From an uncultured Gemmatimonadota bacterium (lineage in GTDB: Bacteria > JAAXHH01), in the NCBI GenBank assembly GCA_951812955.1, contig OX638340.1:1696001-1760000 (forward strand): a stretch of 64,000 bases of DNA. Direction: 5' to 3'. The notes under the pieces are model-generated. The model saw only the letters and a list, made by a program, of their open reading frames with translations, was not told the origin of the DNA and ran no database searches. Positions 1 through 10,100 of the stretch are shown one piece after another. Each line of letters opens with the position of its first letter. The stretch's first letter is position 1. A program made the position numbers and the translations under genes.

Positions 1-597
1 CAGCTGCGGGAAGCGGGCGTGCACGCCGGCACCCGCGTGGTCATCGCCCGGTCACGGCGAGCATTCCTGGAAGTCGAAGACTGCATCGGCGGGTATTTCA
101 TGGACAATCGGGCGGCCATCGCCATCGCCATCGGCGCGGCCGCGCGTATGAGGGACCAGGGCGTCCGGCCCGCTGGCGACGCCTACCTGGTGATGACCAC
201 CTGCGAGGAGATCGGCGGCCACGGCGCCGCGTACGCCGCGCGGACCCTGCCCGGCGACGTGTCCCTGGCCGTGGATTCAGGACCGGCCTGCGAAGAATAC
301 GGGGTGGCCCTTTCCGACGACCCCGTCGTAGTATACGGCGACGCCGGGGGACTCTACGACAAGTCCGTCGCGGACCGCCTGCTGGCATGCGGGCGGGAAC
401 TGGGCATGGACCCCCAGTGCGCGTACTGGCAGAGCTACGCCTCCGACGCGTCCATGGCGAAGTCCGTGGGCCAGACGCCCCGGGCCGGCCTGCTCTGCAT
501 CCCCACGGAGAACACCCACGGATACGAGATCATACCCCGCAACGGGTTGAACCGGTGCGTCGCCCTGCTGGCGGCCTACCTTGAAAAACCGGAGTAG
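1..597 (+). CDS. M42-family metallopeptidase (FrvX/glutamyl aminopeptidase-like), C-terminal fragment; 5' end lies outside the window
   Basis: The frame is open from base 1. TTCEEIGGHGAAYAA resembles the Glu-Glu catalytic region of M42 peptidases, and the distal YASDAS...GLLCIPTENTHGYEI region resembles the C-terminal metal-binding segment. Confidence 0.55.
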   Translation, partial: QLREAGVHAGTRVVIARSRRAFLEVEDCIGGYFMDNRAAIAIAIGAAARMRDQGVRPAGDAYLVMTTCEEIGGHGAAYAARTLPGDVSLAVDSGPACEEYGVALSDDPVVVYGDAGGLYDKSVADRLLACGRELGMDPQCAYWQSYASDASMAKSVGQTPRAGLLCIPTENTHGYEIIPRNGLNRCVALLAAYLEKPE

Positions 598-619
598 CCG
601 AGAGGAGCGGAGGACCTTC

Positions 620-1885
620 ATGTCCCTGAAAGTCACCAACGTGGAAAGATTCACCGTCACCGTGCCCTTCACGCAGGGTCAACGGCCCATGGCCGAGCGA
701 ACGGTATACAACTGGTCCGTCTTCGAACTGTGCAAGGTCTCAACCGACGCCGGGCTCGTGGGCTGGGGCGAGACCATCGTCCATTACATCCATGCGCGGG
801 TGACCGACCGGAGCGTGGAACGCGTCATGGGAAAGAGCCCTGCGGACTTCATGCAGGACGATACGATTGGCGCCGGGCTGCAGATGGCCCTGTACGACGT
901 GGTGGGCAAAGCGCTCGAGGTGCCCTGCCACAAGCTCCTGGGCAACAAGGTGCGTGACTGGGTGCCCATTTCCTGGTGGTCCAACGAAGGGCCTCCAGAC
1001 GACTGGGTCCGACAGGCGCGGGACGCTGTAGACAACGGGTACACCACCATCAAGCTCAAACAGCGGCCCTGGCATGACATCAACGAACAGATGGAGGCGA
1101 TCGACGCATCCGTGCCGCGCCACTTCCGGGTGGATCTCGACGCCAACGGTTCCATGCACAACGCGGCGGCGGCCATGCCCGTCATGCGCGGCCTGGAGCG
1201 ATTCGACATCGTGGCCATGTTCGAGACGCCCATACCGCAGACCGACATCCTGGGGAACCGCCAGCTCCGGCAGGTCATCAACCGTCCCATCGCCATGCAT
1301 TTCGGCTCGCCGCCCTACACCACGGTGGTCCGCGAAGCGGTATGTGACGGTTTCGTCGTCGGTGGAGGCGCCTCGCGGGTGATGTACCAGGGGATTCTCA
1401 GCGCGGAAGCCAACATGCCCTTCTGGCTCCAGATGGTCGGCAACGGACTTACCACCACGTGGGCCGCCCATCTCGGCGCCGTGCTCACCCACGCCACCTG
1501 GCCCGCCATCACCTGTATCAACCTGTACCGCCACCACCTGCTCAAAAGTCCCATCGAAGTCGTGGGCGGCTTCCACCGCGTGCCCGACGGACCGGGTCTG
1601 GGCGTGGAAGTGGACGAAGAGGCCATGCACGGCTTCCTCGTTCCAAACGACGTGATGCGGCCATTCCACGACCGGGACGAGCCGTACGACTTCCCGAGGC
1701 CCCGGTTTATCCGCACGGCGGTGTTTCCGGATGGGCGCCGCGTCCATTTTGGGAATATCCGCCACGGGTGGGAACTGGAGGCCTACACGCCCGGCGTACG
1801 CACGGAATACTGGCGGGAAGACGGCACCGAAGGTTTCGAAGACCTCTGGAGCCGTACGCAGGAACGGCCCGTATCCGAGGGATGA
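620..1885 (+). CDS. Enolase-superfamily protein (mandelate racemase / muconate lactonizing enzyme family) with an atypical ~70-aa C-terminal extension
   Basis: Internal ATG at 620 preceded by AGAGGAGCGGAGG RBS. Shows the N-terminal capping domain and a TIM-barrel with KLK / D-x-N / E-x-P-type metal ligands (IKLKQRPW, RVDLDANGS, FETPIP). Genome-typical high GC3. Confidence 0.8.
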   Translation: MSLKVTNVERFTVTVPFTQGQRPMAERTVYNWSVFELCKVSTDAGLVGWGETIVHYIHARVTDRSVERVMGKSPADFMQDDTIGAGLQMALYDVVGKALEVPCHKLLGNKVRDWVPISWWSNEGPPDDWVRQARDAVDNGYTTIKLKQRPWHDINEQMEAIDASVPRHFRVDLDANGSMHNAAAAMPVMRGLERFDIVAMFETPIPQTDILGNRQLRQVINRPIAMHFGSPPYTTVVREAVCDGFVVGGGASRVMYQGILSAEANMPFWLQMVGNGLTTTWAAHLGAVLTHATWPAITCINLYRHHLLKSPIEVVGGFHRVPDGPGLGVEVDEEAMHGFLVPNDVMRPFHDRDEPYDFPRPRFIRTAVFPDGRRVHFGNIRHGWELEAYTPGVRTEYWREDGTEGFEDLWSRTQERPVSEG

Positions 1886-2056
1886 ACGACCGGGGTGGTC
1901 GGACGAACGACCGGGGTGGTCGGACGAACGACCGGGGTGGTCGGACGAACGACCGGGGTGGTCGGACGAACGACCGGGGTGGTCGGACGAACGACCGGGG
2001 AGGTCGGACCAAACGACCGGGGAGGCCGGACCGAGCGACCGGGGAGGCCGGACCAG
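1884..2056. repeat. Tandem array of a 21-bp unit (gaacgaccggggtggtcggac): 5 perfect plus ~3 degenerate copies. Each unit contains the inverted repeat CGACC-N5-GGTCG
   Basis: Read directly: the unit repeats head-to-tail from the enolase-family stop codon (TGA at 1883-1885) to ~2056. No unique spacers, so it is not a CRISPR array. Confidence 0.9.
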
Positions 2057-2172
2057 ACCGCATGGTGAGAACGGTGCCACGTTGACACGTAACCAGGGAT
2101 CGGTAAACTGCCGGCAAGACGGGCATTTCTTAAAAATTCGTATAAGGAAGACCAGGTAACCGGAGCAGAACC

Positions 2173-2922
2173 ATGAGACTGGAAGACAAGACTGCGATCG
2201 TAACCGGCGCGGCATCGGGCATTGGACGAGGCACCGCGGAGATGATGGCGCGGGAAGGCGCCCGGGTAGTGGCCGTGGACATCAACGAAGTGGGACTGGA
2301 ACAGACGGTCGAATCGATCCGCCTGGAAGGCTGGGCGGCCACGGCCTGCGTCGCAGACGTGGGGCGGGACGATCAGGTTCGACGCATGATTCAGTGCGCG
2401 GTCGACACCTATGGCGGACTGCAGATCCTGCACAACAACGCCTACTGGCACGCGCCCGGTCCGGTCTGCGACCTCCCGGAAGCCGACTGGGACCGGACGC
2501 TGAACGTCTGCCTGAAGGCTATCTACCTGGGCAGCAGGCACGCCATTCCGGTCATGAAAGATTCGGGCGGCGGCGCGATCGTAAACACGGCGTCTGTGCA
2601 CAGTCTGGTTGGTTTCCGGGACTACGCCGCCTACGACGCGGCCAAGGGCGGGGTGATCGGGATCACGCGCTCCGTGGCCGTGGACTACGGGCCCGAGATC
2701 CGAAGCAACGCGGTGCTGCCCGGCGCCATCCTGACGCATGCCTGGGACGGTCTCGACGAAGCGATTCAACGGCCCTATATCGACCGGCCTCCCATGAAAC
2801 GGCTGGGACTGCCGGAAGACATCGCCTCAGCCGTGGTGTTTCTCGCCTCCGACGAGGCGTCCTTCATCACCGGCGCCAGCCTCGTGGTCGACGGCGGCCT
2901 GACCATCGTCGGCGACGCGTAA
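2173..2922 (+). CDS. Short-chain dehydrogenase/reductase (SDR) family oxidoreductase
   Basis: TGAASGIGRG Rossmann motif, NNAY, catalytic S...YDAAK triad, and the PGAILT C-terminal motif typical of classical SDRs. Confidence 0.9.
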   Translation: MRLEDKTAIVTGAASGIGRGTAEMMAREGARVVAVDINEVGLEQTVESIRLEGWAATACVADVGRDDQVRRMIQCAVDTYGGLQILHNNAYWHAPGPVCDLPEADWDRTLNVCLKAIYLGSRHAIPVMKDSGGGAIVNTASVHSLVGFRDYAAYDAAKGGVIGITRSVAVDYGPEIRSNAVLPGAILTHAWDGLDEAIQRPYIDRPPMKRLGLPEDIASAVVFLASDEASFITGASLVVDGGLTIVGDA

Positions 2923-3120
2923 CCTTTCCCGGCTGGAGCGTGCGATGTATATGAAGTTCAACACTTTCTTGCGGGATATGCATGGCCTGTTTCGACTGAA
3001 TAGTGAGTTGGAATGGTGTCTGAACCCTTACGTGAGCTGCGTAACCGCGAGGAACGTGACCCGCCGTGCCGTCGTCCCTCGCAATGCGCCATGTGATTCC
3101 GCCACAGTCCCTGAAAGAAC

Positions 3121-4503
3121 ATGAGCGTATCCGAATCATCGAAACCTGAACTTCAGGATCCCGTACCCGCCATCCATCCGTCCGCGGGAAGCGTGAACCG
3201 AGTCTGGCTGCTGGCCTATCCGATCATCCTGGCCAACATGTCCGAGACCCTTCTGGGCGTGGTCGACACTTACATGGTCGGCCAGCTCGGCGTGGCTGAG
3301 ATCGGCGCCGTGGGTCTCGGGTCCATGCTCGCGTGGCTCTTCTACCTGCCGGTCCTGGGTCTGGCGATGGGGTTGAATACCTTCGTCGCCCAGAGCTACG
3401 GCGCCGGAAACCGGAAGGAATGCGGGTACATGACCTGGCAGGGGCTGTACATGGCCGTGGCAAGCGGCTTATTGATCCTGCTCGTCATCCCCTTCGTACC
3501 GCTTCTGTTCGATATCGCGGGACCTTCCGCAGAAGTTCGACGCCTGGGTGTCACCTACCTGCAGTGGCGCCTGATCGACGGCCCGGCCTTCATGGTCGCC
3601 ATGACGGCCGCCAGCTTCTTCCGCGGTATCGGCGATACGAAAACGCCGATGAAGATCGGCATAACCATCAATATCATCAACGTCATCCTGAATTACGGAC
3701 TGATCTACGGCAATTTCGGCCTGCCCCGCCTCGAAGTGCAGGGATCGGCCATCGGATCGGCGCTGGCCGGCATGCTGGGCGGAGGGATTTACCTCGTCCT
3801 GTTCCTGTCCAGACGACTGCATCCTTACGCCAACCGGACCGTTCCCCGGCCCCGGTGGCTGGACCAGGTCCGGCTTTTAAAGGTTGGCGCGCCGATCGGC
3901 CTGCAACGGTTCCTCGATATCGGCAGCTTCGTGATATTCGCCGCCTTCATCGGCAGATTGGGAAATGCCCAGCTGGCCGCGAACCAGATCGCCATCCAGC
4001 TGATGTCCATCTCGTACATGATCGGCCTGGGTATCGGCATGGCCGCTTCCACGCTCGTGGGCCAGTATATCGGCGCGAAACGCATCGAACTGGCCGAGCG
4101 CAGCGCATACAGCGCCTTGAAACTGGCCATGGGCATCATGGTTTTCATCGGCCTGTGCTTCCTGTTGTTCCCCGAGCCGCTCGTTTCACTTTTTAACGGC
4201 GACCCGGCCGTCATACGCTACGGAAGGCAGGGACTCTTGTTCGCGGCGCTCTTCCAGGCCTTCGACGCCCTCGCCGTCATATACATCGGCGCTCTTCGCG
4301 GCGCCGGCGACACCCGGTGGTCCGCCGTGGCCGCCTTCATAGGTGCATGGGTCATCTTCCTGCCAATGACCTACCTGTTCGCCTTCACGATGGGTCTGGA
4401 TTTCTGGGGGGCCTGGCTGAGTGCGACGATCTATATCTGTCTCCTCGGCATTGCCTGCGTTTACCGGTTCCGGCAGGGTGTATGGAAGCGGATGGTCATA
4501 TAG
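3121..4503 (+). CDS. MATE family multidrug/oligosaccharidyl-lipid efflux transporter
   Basis: 460 aa, 12 predicted TM helices. N-terminal LAYPIILANMSETLLGVVDTYMVGQLG motif and the internal two-fold repeat are characteristic of MATE/NorM-like pumps. Confidence 0.88.
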   Translation: MSVSESSKPELQDPVPAIHPSAGSVNRVWLLAYPIILANMSETLLGVVDTYMVGQLGVAEIGAVGLGSMLAWLFYLPVLGLAMGLNTFVAQSYGAGNRKECGYMTWQGLYMAVASGLLILLVIPFVPLLFDIAGPSAEVRRLGVTYLQWRLIDGPAFMVAMTAASFFRGIGDTKTPMKIGITINIINVILNYGLIYGNFGLPRLEVQGSAIGSALAGMLGGGIYLVLFLSRRLHPYANRTVPRPRWLDQVRLLKVGAPIGLQRFLDIGSFVIFAAFIGRLGNAQLAANQIAIQLMSISYMIGLGIGMAASTLVGQYIGAKRIELAERSAYSALKLAMGIMVFIGLCFLLFPEPLVSLFNGDPAVIRYGRQGLLFAALFQAFDALAVIYIGALRGAGDTRWSAVAAFIGAWVIFLPMTYLFAFTMGLDFWGAWLSATIYICLLGIACVYRFRQGVWKRMVI

Positions 4504-4539
4504 CAGAGCGTTTTTCAAATGCCGTTTTTCAACAAGGGA

Positions 4540-5610
4540 ATGGAGTGCCAAGTGTCCAATAAGAAGAAATGCCTGATGATCGGCGCCGGCGGCATGGCCG
4601 GCGGTTGGATTCGCAGTTTCTACCCGCGGTTCAAGGACCGGCACGAGATCGTCGCACTGGTGGATATCAACGCGGATATTCTCCACGACGCGGGGGATTT
4701 CCTGGGGCTTCCCCGGAGTCACAGGTACACGGACATGGAGAGCGCTTTCGGGGAGGTGGACGCGGACTACTGCACAATCGTCATTCCCCCGGCCGTTCAC
4801 CGGGACGCCGTGATGCTGGCGGTGGAGCATAAGCTGGACATCCTGAGTGAAAAACCGATTGCCGACACGTGGTCCGCATGCGTAGATATATACAGGGCGG
4901 TAATGGATGCCGGCCTGAAGATGCACGTGATTCAAAACTACCGCTATTCCAGCCGCATGCTGACGATGCGGCAGGTATTGCGAGACGGAGCGCTTGGACG
5001 GATCAACTACATCCAGGGCCGATTTGCCGCGGACTACCGGGAATACGGCGCCTGGGGCGCCTTCCGCTACGAAATACCGCACACCCTGCTCGTGGAAGGC
5101 GCCGTGCATCACTTTGACATGATGCGGAATCTTTCGGGGGGAGACTGCAAGACGATCGCCGGTTGGGAGTGGAACCGGCCGTGGAGCACCTTCCAGGGGG
5201 ATTGCTGCGCCATGTACGTGATGGATATGACCAACGGGGTGAAGGCGGCCTACGAGGGGTCGTGCCTGGGCGCCGCCGAACAGAACAGCTGGCACGGGGA
5301 GTACTACCGGGCGGAATGCGAAGAGGGTGCCGTCGCCATTGGAAGCGACGGGGTCACGCGCATGTATAGACATACGCCCGGAAAGGGTATGTGCGTCGAA
5401 GACGTCAGCCCCGTCGTTCCCGAATACGACGGACACCAATGGCAGATCAACGAGTTTCTCGACTGGATCGACGGGGGACCCGCACCCGATACATGCCTGG
5501 AGCACAACATCCGGAGCGTGGCCATGGTCTTCGCCGCCATCGAAGCTTCGAAGACAGGAGAGTCGATCGACGTGGAGGAAATGGTCGGGCAGGTCGTAAA
5601 CACCGCTTGA
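4540..5610 (+). CDS. Gfo/Idh/MocA family NAD(P)-dependent oxidoreductase (start uncertain: 4519, 4540 or 4576)
   Basis: N-terminal KKCLMIGAGGMAGGWI Rossmann strand followed by an EKP motif (LSEKPIA) and a C-terminal alpha/beta domain typical of the family. Confidence 0.8.
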   Translation: MECQVSNKKKCLMIGAGGMAGGWIRSFYPRFKDRHEIVALVDINADILHDAGDFLGLPRSHRYTDMESAFGEVDADYCTIVIPPAVHRDAVMLAVEHKLDILSEKPIADTWSACVDIYRAVMDAGLKMHVIQNYRYSSRMLTMRQVLRDGALGRINYIQGRFAADYREYGAWGAFRYEIPHTLLVEGAVHHFDMMRNLSGGDCKTIAGWEWNRPWSTFQGDCCAMYVMDMTNGVKAAYEGSCLGAAEQNSWHGEYYRAECEEGAVAIGSDGVTRMYRHTPGKGMCVEDVSPVVPEYDGHQWQINEFLDWIDGGPAPDTCLEHNIRSVAMVFAAIEASKTGESIDVEEMVGQVVNTA

Positions 5611-5722
5611 AGGAGAGAACGGGAACTGCCTGAAGGAGAAAACGGGAACTGCCGTTGACGGGGAGAAAGTGATTGGACCGGTGACGGGCGCCGCCTGAGA
5701 GAGGTACGGGTACCAAATTCAT

Positions 5723-6949
5723 ATGCAGAACCAGAAAATCCCTTTTATAAACGCATTTTTGAGACTGGAATCCGCCAGCGGCATTCTGCTGATGCTCGCG
5801 ACCGCCCTGGCCATGGTGTTCGCGAACTCGTTCCTCGAACCGCTCTATCATCGATTGCTGGAGATAGAGATCGAGATCCGCATCGCCGCCCTGGATATCA
5901 ACAAACCGCTGCTCCTCTGGATCAACGACGGTCTGATGACCATCTTCTTCTTCCTCGTGGGACTGGAATTGAAGCGGGAATTCCTCGAGGGCGAGCTGTC
6001 GAACCGGCGCAACATCATCCTGCCCGGCATCGGCGCCGTCGGCGGTATGGTGGTCCCCGCGCTGATCTATCTCCTCATCAACAGCGACGACCCCTCCGCC
6101 TGGCGGGGCTGGGCCGTCCCGGTCGCTACGGACATCGCCTTTACCCTGGGCGTATTGACCTTGTTGGGTACGCGCGTGCCCATTTCGATCAAGGTCTTCC
6201 TGACCTCGCTGGCCATCCTGGACGACATCGGCGCGATCTTGATCATCGCGGTATTCTACACGGCGGAAATTTCGATGACCGCCCTGATAGTGGCCGCGGG
6301 TTGCGTACTCGTGCTGGTCTTCCTGAACAACAGGAACTGGGTCTCCCACAGTTCGTACATGATGGTCGGCATAGTCCTCTGGATCGCCTTGCTTAAATCC
6401 GGAGTGCACGCAACGCTTGCGGGCGTGATCCTGGCCGCGTTCATCCCCATGCGTTCCAGGACCGACCCCGACGTCTCGCCACTCAAGATCCTGGAGCACG
6501 ATCTGCACACCGTCGTGGCCTTCGTCATCCTTCCCGTGTTCGCTTTCGCCAACTCCGGTGTCATGTTGAGCGGCATTACGGCCGAACAGGCGCTTCACGG
6601 CGTACCCGTCGGGGTCGCCCTCGGACTGTTCCTGGGCAAGCAGATCGGGATATTCGCACTGTGTTGGCTGTTCATCAAGATGAAAGTGGCCGCGCTGCCG
6701 AGGGGGATGTCCTGGGCTGGCCTCTATGGGGCAAGTACCCTGTGTGGGATCGGATTCACCATGAGCCTGTTCATCGGTTCGCTGGCCTTCGGCGAAACCG
6801 ATATTCACGCCATGTTCGACGAGCGGCTGGGGATCATCGTGGGATCGCTACTGTCGGGGGTGTTGGGCTATGCCATCCTCCGATACAGCCTGCCGCCCGC
6901 CGACAAGCCGGAAGAGGTCGTCGAGCAAGAGGTCGAGCAGGTGGTTTGA
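5723..6949 (+). CDS. nhaA: Na+/H+ antiporter NhaA
   Basis: 408 aa polytopic membrane protein. The FFFLVGLELKRE motif and the interrupted TM helices IV and XI (ATDIAF... / FANSGV) match NhaA. Confidence 0.9.
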   Translation: MQNQKIPFINAFLRLESASGILLMLATALAMVFANSFLEPLYHRLLEIEIEIRIAALDINKPLLLWINDGLMTIFFFLVGLELKREFLEGELSNRRNIILPGIGAVGGMVVPALIYLLINSDDPSAWRGWAVPVATDIAFTLGVLTLLGTRVPISIKVFLTSLAILDDIGAILIIAVFYTAEISMTALIVAAGCVLVLVFLNNRNWVSHSSYMMVGIVLWIALLKSGVHATLAGVILAAFIPMRSRTDPDVSPLKILEHDLHTVVAFVILPVFAFANSGVMLSGITAEQALHGVPVGVALGLFLGKQIGIFALCWLFIKMKVAALPRGMSWAGLYGASTLCGIGFTMSLFIGSLAFGETDIHAMFDERLGIIVGSLLSGVLGYAILRYSLPPADKPEEVVEQEVEQVV

Positions 6950-7152
6950 GGGGGATGATAGCAAAGATGACAGTTCATATATTCGAATTTAAGCATAAAC
7001 TGACTAGCATTCTCTACGTTGCAATTCCCAATTCATACACGCAAGCCTTACGCTGACCGGTCGTACATAGCTAGTTTGGAAAGGCACACATCTATCTAAC
7101 ACTTCACGATAGATCCATTTGGCCATTTCTGTAAGAAAACTGCAGTTTCTTT

Positions 7153-8835
7153 TTAGCTATTGGGCATAGATGTAGGATGTATCTGGTCAAGTGAAGTCTT
7201 AAAGTCCTTTATTTCATAAAGTATAAATCGATCCGCATCATTCAATAAACCACGTAAACGATTCCCATAGTCTATATCGAGATGTTTCTGGCCACCGTGT
7301 ATTATTGAGTGTATTAAAAAACTCCTCATGTATCCTTCATCACCACTTTCATTAAGACGACTGACTTCTCTAAGTACAACTTCGAACATTTCAACAATAA
7401 ACCTATACTCAAATCGCTCAGATTCCAAGATTGTGGCGAGACAAGTCCCAAGTGCAACTGCAGAAGACAAAGGGATGTTATCGTTTGGAAGTGACCAAGT
7501 ATTCCAATCAAGAATTACCCCGTTGTTTTGCTTTGGTAGGTTTCTATGGTGTGAGTCATCTGGTAATTCAGAAACTAGATGAATCCAACTACATAAAGTG
7601 CTTAATACCACATAAACCAATCTAGCCGATCGTGTTGGGAATTCGTCTGTAGTATCCACAGATGGATCAGACGAATCATAGGAACCTTCCAAAGCATCGA
7701 TAACAGACGTCATGTAATAAAGCCACATATGCCATGTAACACCCTGATAGGCTGCGGCTTTAACCATAAGGTCGAAAAACACAACTCCGACAAACACACC
7801 ATTCTCCCAACACTCATAATCGAATTCAACCGCAGTACCCTGTAAGTAATCTACAAAATCAGAAGACTTGTTTGGATTCAGTAACTGTAGGATATGCTTC
7901 CCAACCGGTTGCCATACTTCCAGTTGTAGCGCTATGTTTGCATTCGAAAAGAGAAAATACAAGAGACGATTGCTTACAGGAAACTCATAGCCATGTTGGT
8001 AAGAAATGTTCTGGTTGTATTGGATTTCTTGGTATAGAACGCTTCCTGTGTCAGCGATTAACAGGCTTAAGTATTTTTCAGAAAACTGACGACTACCAAA
8101 TATGTCCTGGTAAATCAGCGGAATCGCAAAGTACGGTCTATTTGTTGCGATATAAACCCGAAGTTCTTCGGACTGAAAAAACACGCGCGCGATGTTTTCC
8201 GCAGAATCTTGAGCACTGTACTGACTAGGTACAATAAACGCTAGTTTACCAAGCCATCGTCGCCCCACTTTAAACAAACCACTTCGATGTGTTGCTGCAG
8301 ATTGTGATTCCTGATCCAAAACCGTGTATCTTAATGCCGCAATATCTCCTTGCATGGCCCCCAAATTGTCATGATGTCGTTGTAAAAACAGCTTTCGATG
8401 TGATGCCTTCCCAATTACTGGTAAATAGGGTTCGATGAATTCAAGCAATTCAGAATACCGCTTTTCAAGCGATAACCGATCTACTATTCGAGCGATTCTT
8501 ACTAGCAAAAAGGACGAGAATAGCCTCGGGATGCTCAAGTGTATTACTATAGCAAAGATGATCCAAAACAAGACTACGAAAAAGGCAACACCGGAGGGAG
8601 AAAGTGGGCTGGATTCTTTGAAAACAATCCACGTGCATAAACTACCTAGAACAGCTGGGCAAGGTTGCCCAAAAACTTCGAAAAACTCAAGATAAACTAC
8701 TATGAAAAGCGAAACTAACGCTAGTGGGATCTGAAGGACAATGACCAGCTTAGCACGTAGTTTATCAACATGCGTGGCAAGTGTATATGCAGCTAGTACT
8801 AGAGTTAAGAATGTTAGAAAACCGTCTAGGGTCAT
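7153..8835 (-). CDS. Hypothetical membrane-anchored protein (~4 N-terminal TM helices plus a ~400-aa soluble domain), the only gene in an AT-rich island
   Basis: Long uninterrupted ORF (560 aa) in a ~2-kb segment of roughly 40% GC, flanked by ~65% GC genes. I recognise no family motifs. Confidence 0.6.
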   Translation of the reverse strand: MTLDGFLTFLTLVLAAYTLATHVDKLRAKLVIVLQIPLALVSLFIVVYLEFFEVFGQPCPAVLGSLCTWIVFKESSPLSPSGVAFFVVLFWIIFAIVIHLSIPRLFSSFLLVRIARIVDRLSLEKRYSELLEFIEPYLPVIGKASHRKLFLQRHHDNLGAMQGDIAALRYTVLDQESQSAATHRSGLFKVGRRWLGKLAFIVPSQYSAQDSAENIARVFFQSEELRVYIATNRPYFAIPLIYQDIFGSRQFSEKYLSLLIADTGSVLYQEIQYNQNISYQHGYEFPVSNRLLYFLFSNANIALQLEVWQPVGKHILQLLNPNKSSDFVDYLQGTAVEFDYECWENGVFVGVVFFDLMVKAAAYQGVTWHMWLYYMTSVIDALEGSYDSSDPSVDTTDEFPTRSARLVYVVLSTLCSWIHLVSELPDDSHHRNLPKQNNGVILDWNTWSLPNDNIPLSSAVALGTCLATILESERFEYRFIVEMFEVVLREVSRLNESGDEGYMRSFLIHSIIHGGQKHLDIDYGNRLRGLLNDADRFILYEIKDFKTSLDQIHPTSMPNS

Positions 8836-8933
8836 TTCAACAATCCTTCTCTTAGTAAATGGGTTTACTTCCAGTCAGGAACTCTAAAGAGCATATAAAA
8901 TAGAGTTTTTAAAAAGATCATATGGTTCTTTTA

Positions 8934-10100
8934 CTACGCTTTCTCCAACGCCTGGTCCAGATCGGCGATGATGTCGTCCGGGTCTTCCAGGCCCACCGAA
9001 ACGCGCGCTCTAAAACCGCCATCCGCGCTCTCGCCCGAGGGCAGGATCAACGTCTCCACATCGCCCAGACTATACCACGGCTTGCACATCTTTAGCCGGC
9101 CTAAAAAGCGGTCGAGCGAGACGCCGGGCTTGGAGACGAACCGCATCATTCCCCCAAAACCGTGCAGGTATCCGGTCGCGACCTCGTGATTCGGGTGTGA
9201 GGTCAGGCCCAGGTAGTCGACACGGGTGATCTTTTTGTGCTGGTCCAGGTACTCCGCCACCTTCTGGCCGCTGCCGCAGTGCCGCTCCATCCTGAAGGCC
9301 AGCGTCTTGAGGCCCCGGTGTACGAGGAAGGCGTTCATGGGCGCCAGCACGCCACCCATGAGGATCCGCATAAAATGTATCTGCTTCCTGATCTCTTCGT
9401 CGCGGCCGGAGACGATCCCGGCAAGGGCGTCACCGTGCCCGGCCATGTACTTCGTCATGGCGTGGAGGACCACGTCGGCGCCGTAGTGCAGAGGCCGCAG
9501 CAGGTAGGGCGATAGAAAGGTGTTGTCGACCACCACCAGGGCTCCAGCTTCATGGGCCATGTCCGTGGCGCGTGCTAGATCGATGAATTCCATGGAGTGG
9601 GCGTACGGTTCGAAATAGACCATCCTGGTCGGCTTTTTAAGCGCGGTTTCGAGTGCGTTCAGTTCGCACAGGTTTACCATCTGGACTTCCACGCCCCACT
9701 TCGTCGGCAGCACGTCCTGGAACAGCATGTGGGTCCCGGCATAAACGGTCTCGTGACAGACCACCCGGTCGCCGCTTTTAAGCAGGCCGAACAAGGTCTG
9801 GCTGACCGCCGACATGCCGCACGAGGTCGCCTGCGCCCACTCCGCGCCTTCGAGGATCCGCACCTGTTCTTCGAGCGCGCCGCTGGTGGGACCGCCCGCC
9901 TTGTCCAATCCCCGGCCGTAGGAGTTCGTCCCCTCGTAACCCTCGCGGTAGTTGGTGTTTCCCTGGTAGATCGGCACCGAAGACGACGTGCCATGGTACC
10001 CGCCGTGGATGGCGTCCGTGGTAAAATCCCGGTTGTCGGCCGACTGGTAGTCATCGGCTGCGAAACGGAGGTCGTTACGGAGGTCGTGGTTGTTGGGCAT
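8934..10100 (-). CDS. PLP-dependent trans-sulfuration family enzyme (cystathionine gamma-synthase / gamma-lyase / methionine gamma-lyase-like)
   Basis: Cys/Met-metabolism PLP family signatures: the TKYMAGHGD lysine motif, VVDNTFLSPY, and a C-terminal domain with VSLGDVETLI. Confidence 0.85.
   Translation of the reverse strand: MPNNHDLRNDLRFAADDYQSADNRDFTTDAIHGGYHGTSSSVPIYQGNTNYREGYEGTNSYGRGLDKAGGPTSGALEEQVRILEGAEWAQATSCGMSAVSQTLFGLLKSGDRVVCHETVYAGTHMLFQDVLPTKWGVEVQMVNLCELNALETALKKPTRMVYFEPYAHSMEFIDLARATDMAHEAGALVVVDNTFLSPYLLRPLHYGADVVLHAMTKYMAGHGDALAGIVSGRDEEIRKQIHFMRILMGGVLAPMNAFLVHRGLKTLAFRMERHCGSGQKVAEYLDQHKKITRVDYLGLTSHPNHEVATGYLHGFGGMMRFVSKPGVSLDRFLGRLKMCKPWYSLGDVETLILPSGESADGGFRARVSVGLEDPDDIIADLDQALEKA

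Noticed and set aside
740-2215. 491-aa minus-strand ORF with repeated GRSSDHP heptads
   Set aside because: It is antisense to the well-supported enolase-family gene, and its repeats are simply the translation of the 21-bp tandem DNA repeat; a typical high-GC antisense artefact.
5447-6808. 453-aa minus-strand ORF
   Set aside because: It is entirely antisense to nhaA, with Arg/Gly/Asp-rich low-complexity composition and no motifs; a high-GC shadow ORF.
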